Source of the DNA: Thraustochytrium aureum
Lineage: Eukaryota
Assembly (NCBI GenBank): GCA_012862495.1
Contig: BLSG01000153.1
Location: 1-64,000, forward strand
Direction: 5' to 3'
Length of the DNA: 64,000 bases
Part shown: positions 36,201-46,792 of the stretch, piece after piece
How the letters are laid out: each line of letters begins with the position of its first letter
How positions within the stretch are numbered: position 1 is the first letter of the stretch
Notes under the pieces: model-generated
Told to the model about the DNA's origin: nothing
Databases searched by the model: none
Seen by the model: the letters and a program-made list of their open reading frames with translations, nothing else
Made by a program: the position numbers and the translations under genes

Positions 36201-38663
36201 TCTTGATGGTCGTGGCTCTGAGGAGGAGGAGGAGGAGGAGGAGGAGCCGCCGCTCGACTGTCATTTCGTGATTACCGGGGGTTCGAAGGGCGACGCCGTT
36301 CTCGAATCCCAAGGAACTTTTGGGCTAGCAGTCGCCAGCCAAGAGGACCTTTGCGTTGCGATGGCTGAGGAAACGCGAGACCTGGTAGTGGCGAAAGCTT
36401 GCCAAGTCGGTGCTGGCTTGGCTGCTTTTGCGGCCACGCATCTGGAGAGCTTCGACACGCTTCCGGCCAGAGAAGCTTTCATCAATGTCGACATCGAGGG
36501 CAAGAGTCGCGTCATCCGCGTTTCAGAGTCGTCAATTGCGAGCTGGTCTGGCGAATCGGATTCCTCGACGGTGACAATCGGTTCGCGCGCCAGCATGGGT
36601 GAGTCGGCGACGCCAGAGGAGACCCGTTTCGATCTCAGCTTTGCGTTTGGCGATTTCGGCCTCTCTGTGATCTCTGACGAAGACATCACCACTCCGGTGG
36701 AACTCGTCTATGTGAGCGCCAATCTCGCTCTCAAGGTCGTCGACACCAACTTGAACCGTACGTGGGACCTGTTTGTCCACGACTTTCGCGTCGACAACGA
36801 CTTGCCGACTGCTGTGTACCCCAACATGGTCCGCAGACTGTTTCGCGCGGAGCAAGACAACCGGGTGGAGCCCTTGGTGCACTTTCAGCTTTTCGAGAAG
36901 CACACCCAGCTGAACGTCATGTACGTCCAAGATGTCCAGCTGGAGTGGTCTCGCCTCGAAGTGCAGCTGGACGAGGGGTTCCTCGACAAGGCAGCGCATT
37001 TGGGCCGGCACATCGCCGCGGTGGCGGCACACCCCTTCGAAGGCCGTGAGGAGCTTAACGTGGACCGGGTGTACAATCAGCCGTGTGTCGACTTTGGCCG
37101 GCTCTGCGAAACGTCGATGGGCGTCGCCGGGGAAGCGCCAAAGGTCTACCATGTGCACAACCTGCGTCTTGGCAAGCTGGACCTCCGGTTTTCGTTTTAC
37201 GAGAACCAGTTCACGGACGTGGAGCGCGCCCCAATCACTTTCGACGCCCTCGCAATGTCTAACGTGACTGGGCTCTCCAAGGACCTGCTGGGCGAAATCA
37301 AAGTGTTTTACTCTGCTCAGGTGCAAAAGCACATTCTGACCATCGTCGGTTACCTGTTGCCCGGCAACCCTGGCGAGTTGCTTAGCTCGATGGGGGGTAC
37401 GTTCCCCTGCTTACTCGCGCGGTCCGGGGAGTCGCTACGATTGGGGCGCTCGGGTCCTCGATCGCGAAAGTGGATGCAGACTACCGCAAGCCCCGCCAAG
37501 CGCGGCCGCAGACGCTGAGCGAAGGCTTTTCGCAAGGTGGGGACCACATCAGCAGCGGGTTTTTGAAAGGCTTTGACGGGCTACTGCGCAAGCCCGTCGA
37601 GGGTGCAGAGAAGGACGGGTTTTTAGGAGCAGTCGCTGGGCTCGGCCTCGGTATGGTCGGGATGTTCACCAAGCCCGTTTCTGGCGTTGCATCCGCAGTC
37701 GGCGCAGCCTCGCAGGGCATGGCGGCGGAGACAAAGTCCAAGGCAGAGCTAGAAGCGGAGCGCCAAGGCACGATCAGAGCGCGGCCCCCGAGGTTTTTTC
37801 GGGGTACTTCGCGCTTTCGTGTGCTCATCGCGTTCGACCTCTTGCGGCGATGCGTCGTGGAGAAGGCTTTAGACGCCCTCCCGCTGGCCCCGGGGGTGCG
37901 CGCTTCCTTGGCGTACAACCCGAAGCAGGATAGCAACCACCAGGTCTTTGTGGTAGACTACTTCTTCGACCCGATGCCGTTCTTCGTGGTGCACAGCACC
38001 ACCCATGTCTGCTTTGGCACGTACAAAAAGGTCGGCCAAGACACTACTGTGGGGCCAGGGTCGCAGACGGGCGGGTCGAGGCGTAGTTCTAGCCAGTTGA
38101 GCAGCGCTGGCGTTTCTGGCAGTGGTACGGCCGAGTACGACTCGCTCACTCGCAGCCTCGTGGTGGAGAACTTCTGGGCCATCGAGACCTCTGTGGACTC
38201 TGTGCAGAGCTTGGATGAGTCTGTTCGTGCTTGGACGAGCAGAGTCGGTGTCAAGCACCTCGGACAGGCAGAAATGCGTCTGAGGCAGGTCGTGAACGCG
38301 GCGAGAGAGGGAAATTCGCGTCCTGCGGCACCGGGGACGGCGCAGCTCGCGAAGGCGCTCGCCTCCAATTTTCGCGCCAGGAACCCGCCTGACGTGAACA
38401 TGAAGGCCTTGTGGGAGGTCGATGCGGCGGTCAAGAAGGCGTCTGCCAGTGAGGCGGCGCACCGCTCGCTGCTGCGCGCTGTGGTCCTGCTTTCCGGCAT
38501 CTGCGCGGAACTGCCACTTGTCACACTGTGCGTGGTCCGCGCGTACTCGCTGGGAAGCGCGAATGTCTCTGGCCAAGGTGAGGGGTCTCGTGCGCGGCTC
38601 GCCGCGCTCGAGGCGTTTGAGGGGGTGCTCTCAGCGTTGCTGGGCTCCTCCGTTCAGAGCTAG
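27233..38663 (+). CDS. VPS13: VPS13-family lipid transfer protein (~3800 aa), frameshifts near 28190, 30380 and 37395
   Basis: Chorein N-terminus (MFENAVQQLLRRYLRDY...VSLWSGKLEVENL; KILDNLQLVLSDIHVRFE), WEPMVEP, SPFWIVN and APRYVIVN repeats, and an ATG2_C-like segment (KPVEGAEKDG...KPVSG). Confidence 0.9.
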
Positions 38664-38891
38664 CTCTCTACTAGAGAGAGTAGCTCTCTAGAGAGCTAGA
38701 GGTTCTCGTTGCTCGACGAAACCGAACGTCCTTCTTTGCTGGCTGGTTTGGCCGCACCAAGCCTGAGCCGCCGCTGCTGCGCCACAAACAATGTTTACAA
38801 AATTAAAAGAATTCGCTCGCTCGGCAGGCAGCCAGAAGCCGTTCATCCCGGACCCCTGTCGTCCTGGGCAGCCTCGTCTCCCAGTGCCCAT

Positions 38892-40277
38892 CTAGGGGGG
38901 TTCGGTTGAACCCTCTGCTTGATCAAGAGCACCTGTGCAACTCGTTGTGAGGTCGACGGTTGAGCTCGGTCCGGTTCCGCCCTGGCTGATAAGCTCTGGA
39001 TCTGCTGGAAAGTTGAGCTTGGAACTCCCCGGTCCATACGTCAGCGCGACGCACTTGTCGAAAGCCAACGCAGCCTCCTTCTCGCTGTGAAAGCTGCCGA
39101 GGTTTACCGTACGGTTCCCGACCCAAGCGCGCGCCAACCAGCGCTTGTCGCGCTTGTGCCATGAAACGCCTTTGTATCCCGAGCTCTGCGGTTTTTGCCT
39201 CCTTGTAGTCGCCTGCATTCGGTCGCCCGGTGTGGCTTGCACGCCACATTCTTGCGGAGACTTGGCGCCACCGTCTGTTCTCTGAGGCGCAGGGATTGGT
39301 TCGGTTTCGAGGGCGACGCTTGGCGGTTGGCCAGGCATCTGGAAAAATGGCATCGGAAGCGTCATCGGCACCGGCCAAATGGACAGCGGCACGGCCGCCA
39401 GTCCGTTTGATGGAGGCGTCGTCGTCGTCGCGCGACTGGCATCAGGCGCTGTGTCAAGGGGTGGTGTAGGTCCGGCTTCGACTTGCTGGACGGGCCAAAA
39501 TGGTGGGAAAGGTCCAAATGGAAAAGCACCTGGGTAGGGCGGCGGCAGTGGCATCCCTGTTGGCAGGCAATTGGTCGCCCTCTCGACGCTGCGATCCGCG
39601 GACGGCGACTGGGGTGCTGAATTGCCGACGTTGTCCTCAACAGAGGCCGTCGCTCGTGCTGCTGCGACTGCCGCGTCGTCTGTAACGCCATGAGATTTGG
39701 TTGACGATTCCGTTGCCTTGGATTTCCCGCCCAGTGATGCTTGTGCCCTCGGTGTCTCGGCGGGGGCTACTTGGTTTTCTTCTCGCTCCCCTTGCTGCGT
39801 GCCCGAATCTTGTATTTGCTGCGTGCCTGGTTGTTGCTGCGTGCCTGGTACTTGCTGCGTGCCTGGTACTTGCTGCGTGCCTGGTACTTGCTGCGTGCCC
39901 GAATCTTGTATTTGCTGCGTGCCTGGTTGTTGCTGCTCGTTTTGATTCAGGGCCTCGTTCGGGCTATTTGCAGCATCCCAGCCTGCTTGCTGCTGCTGCA
40001 CGAGCTGAATATGGTAATTGTACGCCTGCTGCAAGTATTGCTGCTGCAGCGCGAACAAGCGTTGCTGGTGTTGATGTTGTTGCTGAAACAACCAAGCCGC
40101 CTCAAACTGTCGAAGTCGATGCACGAGCTCGTCGCCGCCCAGCGTCTCCCCACCACTACTGCCCTGCTCCGCCTCGAGCGCATCGAGCTGTTCTTCCAGC
40201 TCCCGCCGCCTCTTCCTCGCGCGGGCGAGCCTCTCAGGCAGCAGGCCCTGGCGCCCGGCGTCCGCAGCGCCTTCCAT
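38892..40277 (-). CDS. AP2/ERF-domain transcription factor with Gln- and Pro-rich regions
   Basis: SSGYKGVSWHKRDKRWLARAWVGNRTVNLGSFHSEKEAALAFD...LNFP. Likely ATG at 40277 (MEGAADAG). Confidence 0.85.
   Translation of the reverse strand: MEGAADAGRQGLLPERLARARKRRRELEEQLDALEAEQGSSGGETLGGDELVHRLRQFEAAWLFQQQHQHQQRLFALQQQYLQQAYNYHIQLVQQQQAGWDAANSPNEALNQNEQQQPGTQQIQDSGTQQVPGTQQVPGTQQVPGTQQQPGTQQIQDSGTQQGEREENQVAPAETPRAQASLGGKSKATESSTKSHGVTDDAAVAAARATASVEDNVGNSAPQSPSADRSVERATNCLPTGMPLPPPYPGAFPFGPFPPFWPVQQVEAGPTPPLDTAPDASRATTTTPPSNGLAAVPLSIWPVPMTLPMPFFQMPGQPPSVALETEPIPAPQRTDGGAKSPQECGVQATPGDRMQATTRRQKPQSSGYKGVSWHKRDKRWLARAWVGNRTVNLGSFHSEKEAALAFDKCVALTYGPGSSKLNFPADPELISQGGTGPSSTVDLTTSCTGALDQAEGSTEPP
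39793..39935 (-). repeat. Coding 18-bp tandem repeat (PGTQQV/PGTQQIQDS)
   Basis: TTGCTGCGTGCCTGGTAC repeated, flanked by duplicated GCCCGAATCTTGTA units. Confidence 0.9.
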
Positions 40278-40487
40278 CCGCTCGGCGCCTGCGCGCCCCT
40301 CAACCAGGGAGCCTCCCGAGTCCCGACCCCGTCCCGGGCGCGTTCCCAACCCCCGAGCGCGTTCCCGGCTCCCGCGCGCGTTCCCGCCCTGCGAGCGGGC
40401 TAGCGATGCCCGGCCGGGCACACTGCGGAGAGGCACTGCTGGGTGCCACCCGCCTGAGGGTGGAGGGAACACAATGCCTTCTTCTTT

Positions 40488-40645
40488 GCTCTTGTTGTTC
40501 TTATTCGTTCTTGTTGTTCTTCTTTTTTCATATTTGTTCTTGTTGTTCATAATTTTGTTCATAATTTTGTTTATAATTGTTCATAATTGTTCTTGTTGTT
40601 CTTGTTGTTCATAATTGTTCATAATTGTTCATAATTGTTCATAAA
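40488..40645. repeat. AT-rich low-complexity repeat (TTGTTC / ATAATTGTTC)n
   Basis: Visible directly in the sequence, in the intergenic region between the divergent AP2 and TRMT11 genes. Confidence 0.9.
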
Positions 40646-40748
40646 GTTAAGTTCGATTTGTTCCGTGGCGTTGGGTGGACTTGCGAGCAGGAGGGAGGCA
40701 GCAGAGCCTGATTGAGGCGGCGCGCGGAGCGGCCCAGGGGGTGCGGCC

Positions 40749-41011
40749 GGATCGAGTTGGCTTGCTGCTGCGCGCGCTGGGTGTCTTTGCCGCCTGTGAA
40801 TGAACGGGGCCCTGTGTCTCGTGGCACGGGTCGCTGCTGCTTCTGGTTGGTTTTGGTTCTGGTGTTTTTTCTAGCTCTTGATTGAGCTAGCTCCTTGGGC
40901 ACGGTTGGGGACTTGGCAGCAACGCTGTTCGCGAGGATCGCGTTGGCTGTTCCTGCTGCGCGTGCTGGGTGTCTTTGCCGCCTGTGAACGAACGGGGCCC
41001 TGTGCCTCGTG
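40749..41011. repeat. ~75-bp imperfect direct repeat (40749-40823 and 40935-41011)
   Basis: Shared GCTGGGTGTCTTTGCCGCCTGTGAA.GAACGGGGCCCTGTG.CTCGTG. Confidence 0.9.
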
Positions 41012-41061
41012 CGGTGCCTGCGTCGGACGGTCCCGAGCGCGGCTTGGGAACGCCAAGCGTG

Positions 41062-43078
41062 ATGAGTGCCGCGGCTGGCGGGTTTGACCCGCTCGTGGAC
41101 GAGGGGCTGGAGGAGCTCAGATACCTGGTGCAATTCAGGTACGGGCTGAACGACTTTTTACTTCCGGAGCTCGACTCGCTGATCGAAATGGTGGGGCTTG
41201 CGCCCCACGAAGTGTACGACAAATCGCACTTCAACCCCGAAATCCCGTTCCTTCGCATCAAGCTACCCTCCGACCAAGTTGCGCGGAATCTCGTGCGGCG
41301 GAGCGTGATGATCAAAGGCATATTTGAGCTGTGGGGCGCCGGTCGCGACCTTGCCAGCCTCTACCAGTCGGTGAAGAGATGCCCAGAGGCCCGCAAAGCA
41401 GCTGTCACAGGACAGGAACAGCGCTGGTGTATGAATGTAGAGTCCTTCGGCACAAGGCTTTCAAACCGAGAGGTGGATCAGAAACGCGAGGCGTTCCTCG
41501 CTGGCGATCACGGGGTCGTGTTTCGCGGCAAAGCCAAGCTGAAGGGCGAGGGGCGCCACTTGATGTGGCTGATCGAGCACCTCGGAGCCAAATTTGTCAA
41601 CGCCGCGATGCGGCTCGAGTGTGACGGGATCCGCGGGGCCGAATCACCTTTCGGCTCCGAACCTATCGCGCCAGAGCATGCTAGCAGCGCGCAGACGATC
41701 GCAGCAGTAGAGGGCAACCCAAGCAAGCGCGCTNNNNNNNNNNNNNNNNNNNNNNNNNNNNNNNNNNNNNNNNNNNNNNNNNNNNNNNNNNNNNNNNNNN
41801 NNNNNNNNNNNNNNNNNNNNNNNNNNNNNNNNNNNNNNNNNNNNNNNNNNNNNNNNNNNNNNNNNNNNNNNNNNNNNNNNNNNNNNNNNNNNNNNNNNNN
41901 NNNNNNNNNNNNNNNNNNNNNNNNNNNNNNNNNNNNNNNNNNNNNNNNNNNNNNNNNNNNNNNNNNNNNNNNNNNNNNNNNNNNNNNNNNNNNNNNNNNN
42001 NNNNNNNNNNNNNNNNGGCCCGCAAGGACGCAGAGCGCGAGGCGTCGCGGGAAGTATCGAGCGAGTCAGAGCGAAAGATGGAGCAGCAGCGCAAGGTGCA
42101 GCTGGAGCTGAGGAGCAAGCTCAAGCCAGAGCACGTCTTTTTCTGCCGCGAGGTGGGTCGCCCCGAGAAGCGGCACGAGTACGACCTCAAGCACCGCGCC
42201 TACTTGGGGCCCACGTCAATGGAGAACGGGATGGCCTTTGTCATGGCCAATCAGGGTCTTGTTCGCTCGGGAAGCATCGTGCTGGACCCGTTTGTGGGAA
42301 CGGGCAGCATCCTTGTCCCGTGCTCCGTTTTCGGGGCCACTTGCTTGGGCGGCGACATCGACTACCTCACGTTGCGGGGCAAAGAGGGCAAAACGCCCTT
42401 TAGCTCGTTCGACCAGTTTGGACTGCCCCATCCGGACCTCGTGCGGCTCGACTTTTCGCCCCGGGGCCGCTGCCTGCGAGAGCCGCTCGGCGGTTGGGTC
42501 GACGCAATCGTTTGCGATCCGCCGTACGGAATCCGCGCCGGTGCCCGCAAAGTGGGCTCCAAGAAAGCTGAAGTGAAGAAGATCCCCGATCACCTGCTTG
42601 AAGGCCATATCGCACCAACGCAGCCGTACGACACGGGCGAGCTGATGGTGGACCTCGTGGACGCCTCTGCGCGGTTGCTCAAGCTCGGCGGGCGCCTCGT
42701 CTACCGCTTCCCGTTGTGCGAACCCAGTACTCGGAGCGCGTGTTGCCGCAGCACCCCTGCATGGCAGTCGAGGCCAACAGCGAGCAAGAGCTGCGCTACC
42801 CGGTTTCGCGGCGCCTTATCACAATGAGAAAGGTGGCGCAGTACGACTATGACAAAGCCGCAGAGTACGTGGCGGATTCCCGCGCGCGGCTCGAGACTCC
42901 CAACTTTGCCGACCTGGACCTCGCCGCCGAGGAGGGCACCTTTGTGCAGAGTTCGGGGCGTGGGTCGACCAAGCCGTCGGAGGCAATAACGGGAGTTCGC
43001 GCCGCCAGTTTTGGGCTTGACGCTGGGGTTGCAGCTGTGGCCAGTGCCGCGCCGCCATCTCCTTGCAAGCGCGCGTGA
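41062..43078 (+). CDS. TRMT11: tRNA (guanine-10-N2) methyltransferase Trm11; internal gap and frameshift near 42720
   Basis: RSVMIKGIFELWG, YDLKHRAYLGPTSM, DPFVGTGS, DAIVCDPPYGIR, GGRLVY and SEQ...SRRLITMRK. Confidence 0.9.
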
Positions 43079-43241
43079 GCGGCGGGCCTTGTTTGGGGAG
43101 CAGCCGGCGGTGTACAATGTAGCTAGAGCTAGCAAAAATGAGGAATCACTGGGCCCGAGGTGAGGGCGGAATAGAATTGCACAGGAAAAANNNNNNNNNN
43201 NNNNNNNNNNAAATAAGGGATAACGACCTGCCAGCGCGTTT

Positions 43242-45534
43242 TTATTCATGGCTCGTGGCGCCGAGCTCGGCCATGAACGCGTCAAGCGACATGGGCCGGC
43301 CAAGCATGGCCTCCACCATTTCGTGCGGGTCCTTGCTCCCGCCAAACGCGAGAACGTGGCGCCGGTACGCCTCGCCAGTGCTGCGCGAGAGCGGATCGCT
43401 GCGAAAGCACGTGTGCCACAAGTCCGCAGCGAAAGCGCGAGAATACGTGTAGCTGTAGTATGCCGCGCCGTAGTTGACAAAGTGCGTGAAGCGGGTCATC
43501 CAATTCGTCCCTGGGACGTGCGGGATCTGCGTGAAGCGCTCCTGAAGTTGAGCGAGTGCGGCGCTGGTCGCGTCGGCATCTTGCAGCACGTCCTCGGGGC
43601 GCGCTGCGTCGCCTGTGCCGAACAGACGCTGGTCGCAAGCGGCAAACATGATCTGCTGCTGCAAATCCATCCCTTGAAACCGCATCCTGGCCTCGTTTAG
43701 AGCGCGGACAGTGTGGCTGGGGATTGGCGCCCCCGTTTCGTGGTGGAAGGCAAACTTGCGGAGCACGCGCTCGTCAAAGCAAAAGTACTCCATGAGCTGG
43801 GAGGGCGTCTCAACGAAATCCAGCTCGCCCCGCGTCCCGGAAAGGTGCTGCAACTTTGTTCGTGAGAGAAGGCTGTGCAGCGCGTGCCCAAACTCGTGGA
43901 AAAACGTCTGCACTTGCGAGTGGTGCATGAGGGCCTGCGCATTCGCAAAGTTGCACAGCAGTACAGAGGACGGCAGCTCGTACGTGTCCGCGACAAGGTG
44001 GGAGCCGAGCCGTGCCGGCTGGAACGCCGCCGGAACAAAGCGCCGGAGGGGGCGCGCCACGTGGCTGCAGCGAATCTGAAAGTGCGCCGGGTTGGCGTAC
44101 TTGCCGGGGCGCTGAAAGAGGTCGAGGTAGAGGACGCCGACGAGCGCCCCGTCGTTTTCGCGAACGACGATCTTGCGGACGTGCTCAGCCCAGCCCTCGT
44201 GCGGCTGCATCGGGTTCTCCTCGAACCGCAACCCGAACAGCTCGCGGCAGATGAGCTCGATGCCGGCCAGGCAGTTGGCCATCGTAAAATAGTTGCGCAC
44301 CTGGTCAAGCTCGGCCCCATACGTGGACTGGAGCACGCGCTGGCTGTAGAACGGCACGTCATAGGCTTGCAGCGGGCCCGCGCCAGGGCCCTCAGCAGCA
44401 GCCTTGAGAGCAGTCAGCTCTGCGGCCTCCGCGCGTGCCTTTGGTGCGATCTTATCACCGAGGTCGGCCAAGAACGCGCAGACAGCGTCCGGTGAGGAGA
44501 TCATGCGCGAGTGAGTTGCAAAGTGGGCGTAGCTGGGGAAGCCGAGCGCCTCAGCAAGCTCGCGGCGGCAAACCACGAGCTGGCGAAGAGCCACAAGCTC
44601 CTCTTTGCCGCTCTGCGCCGCGTGCGCCGCGACGAAAAACTTGCGGCGCAGCGGTCCGTCGCTCGCGGTTCGCAGCACCTGGCCCAGCGTGGCCGAGTCG
44701 GCAGGCAGGACGTAGGCCGGAGCCAGGCTGGTGTCGTCCTTCAGCGCAAGGCGCGGCGTGAGCTTGCAGTCTAGCAGCAGGCTGCCGCACTCCTTGAGCG
44801 TGAGGCCGACGTTGGCCACGTGCTTTCGCTCGAGCTGCACAAACAGGGTCTCGGTCTGGCGCATCTGCGCTTGCAGAATCTCGACGCGCTGCTTTTCCTC
44901 GCTGCTGAGGTGTATTCCGTCGCGCTCAAACTCTTGTTTCAGGGACTCGGCGACCGGCGCTCCTCTGGCAAGAGGGCCTGGAAATGGGCTGGCGACTCGA
45001 CGAGGTGCGCCACGGGGCGGTACAGCGCCAGGTCCATGTTGAGCTTTGTTACGAACCGCGACAGCTTCGCGTAGCTTTCTGCCGCCGCGTTTCTCACCTC
45101 GACCTCGCCGTGGCTGCTGCTACAAACCTCGGCCGTGTCCAGCAAGAGACAGAGCCGCGCAGACACGGTGTCGAGGAGCTGGAGGACGAGGCGACCCTCT
45201 TCTGGCCGGGCCGCCTTCGACAGGTCGCCGTTCTGGAGCGCGCTTTGCTTCGCCACGAGCCGCAGCGCCCTGCACTCTGCCTCAACTCTCTCGCGCCACA
45301 CCTCAAATGCCGCTGGAGCGACGAGGCCATGAATCCCATACCACCCGACCGTCCTCGCCTCCCGAGACGCCTTCCAGCTCTCCTCCCGCACCGCCACCTG
45401 CATCACCGCCGCCGCGGCCGCTTCCACATCGTCCGCCGCCACGTGAGCCTTCCTCGCCCCGCACTGGCGGCCGTCCCGCGCAGGGCCGCACCCCGCGCGC
45501 GCCTCGCGAGGCGCCAGAGGCCCGCGCCCGACAT
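43242..45534 (-). CDS. MIPEP: Mitochondrial intermediate peptidase (M3A), frameshifts near 45455 and 44950
   Basis: FHEFGHALHSLLSRT..QHLSGTR..LDFVETPSQLME, YLDLFQRPGK and YGAAYYSY. An Arg-rich presequence-like start MSGAGLWRLARRAR begins at 45534 (start uncertain). Confidence 0.88.
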
Positions 45535-46125
45535 GCGCTCTTGCCGTCCGCGCGCACGGTGCAACGGTCCAATTCACGGCAACTCACTGAGCCCCTCAGT
45601 GACTCCCTGCCGCAGCCCCATGCGGGCTCCTTCAGCCAACCGCCGCGCATCCAGGCGCGCATCGCGTCCGCGCCACAGCCGCCGCCACTGTCCGCCCTGC
45701 GCGGAGGAGTATTGGATTGCGGTGCTGGCGCCCTGAGAGTCAGTGCTTGGTGCCTCGGCTGTGATGGATTGGCTCGGATCGAGATGATCGAGGTGGTGAG
45801 GGAGGGAGCCTGAGCGCCTGCTGGAGTGGCTGGCGCTCGGCCGACTGGCGTTGCAGCGGGGAGGATCCTCCTCGGTCGGAGTGCCCTCAGCGAGTACTCG
45901 TAGCAAGGAGGATCCGACGGATCCTCCTTGCTCGTAGCTCTACTACCAACCTGCTGTCGCGAGACGAGCTCGCAACCGGCTGATGGGCGTGTGTCGTACG
46001 CGGTCGTGAGGAAACAAATCTGTGGCCGAGATAGATCATCCATGTCCACTTTGGGGACCGGCGCGAAGGGGCGGGCTTTGCCGCCCGTGGTCCTCTTCGA
46101 GCTCGCGCTGCTACCCGAGATCCTC

Positions 46126-46126
<1 letters not shown>

Positions 46127-46198
<72 letters not shown>
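46127..46198. repeat. (AGCC)n microsatellite
   Basis: About 17 perfect tetramers. Confidence 0.97.
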
Positions 46199-46199
<1 letters not shown>

Positions 46200-46792
46200 C
46201 GTGAGGTGCTGTTCCTCGAGCGTGTGCTGCTGGGACTCTTGCGAGGTTTGTCGTCACGGTCGCGACTTGCATCATGGCGACGGCACGGACCCTGCAGCAC
46301 TGACTGGCAGGAGCAACAGGCCGCGACCACATTGGTCGTGCCGGCGAGGGCTGCCGCAGTCGGCTCTTGCTCGCAGGCTTGCACTGGCAGCCGGTGGCAG
46401 GCTGAGGACGCGCGAGGGTGATGGGGACGGCCAGTGCACTCGGTGTGCACGTGTCGATTGCNNNNNNNNNNNNNNNNNNNNNNNNNNNNNNNNNNNNNNN
46501 NNNNNNNNNNNNNNNNNNNNNNNNNNNNNNNNNNNNNNNNNNNNNNNNNNNNNNNNNNNNNNNNNNNNNNNNNNNNNNNNNNNNNNNNNNNNNNNNNNNN
46601 NNNNNNNNNNNNNNNNNNNNNNNNNNNNNNNNNNNNNNNNNNNNNNNNNNNNNNNNNNNNNNNNNNNNNNNNNNNNNNNNNNNNNNNNNNNNNNNNNNNN
46701 NNNNNNNNNNNNNNNNNNNNNNNNNNNNNNNNNNNNNNNNNNNNNNNNNNNNNNNNNNNNNNNNNNNNNNNNNNNNNNNNNNNNNNNNNNNN

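Noticed and set aside
40278..40562. Asn/Lys-rich N-terminal extension of the AP2 ORF
   Set aside because: It is a translation of the AT-rich repeat. The ATG at 40277 is the more plausible start.
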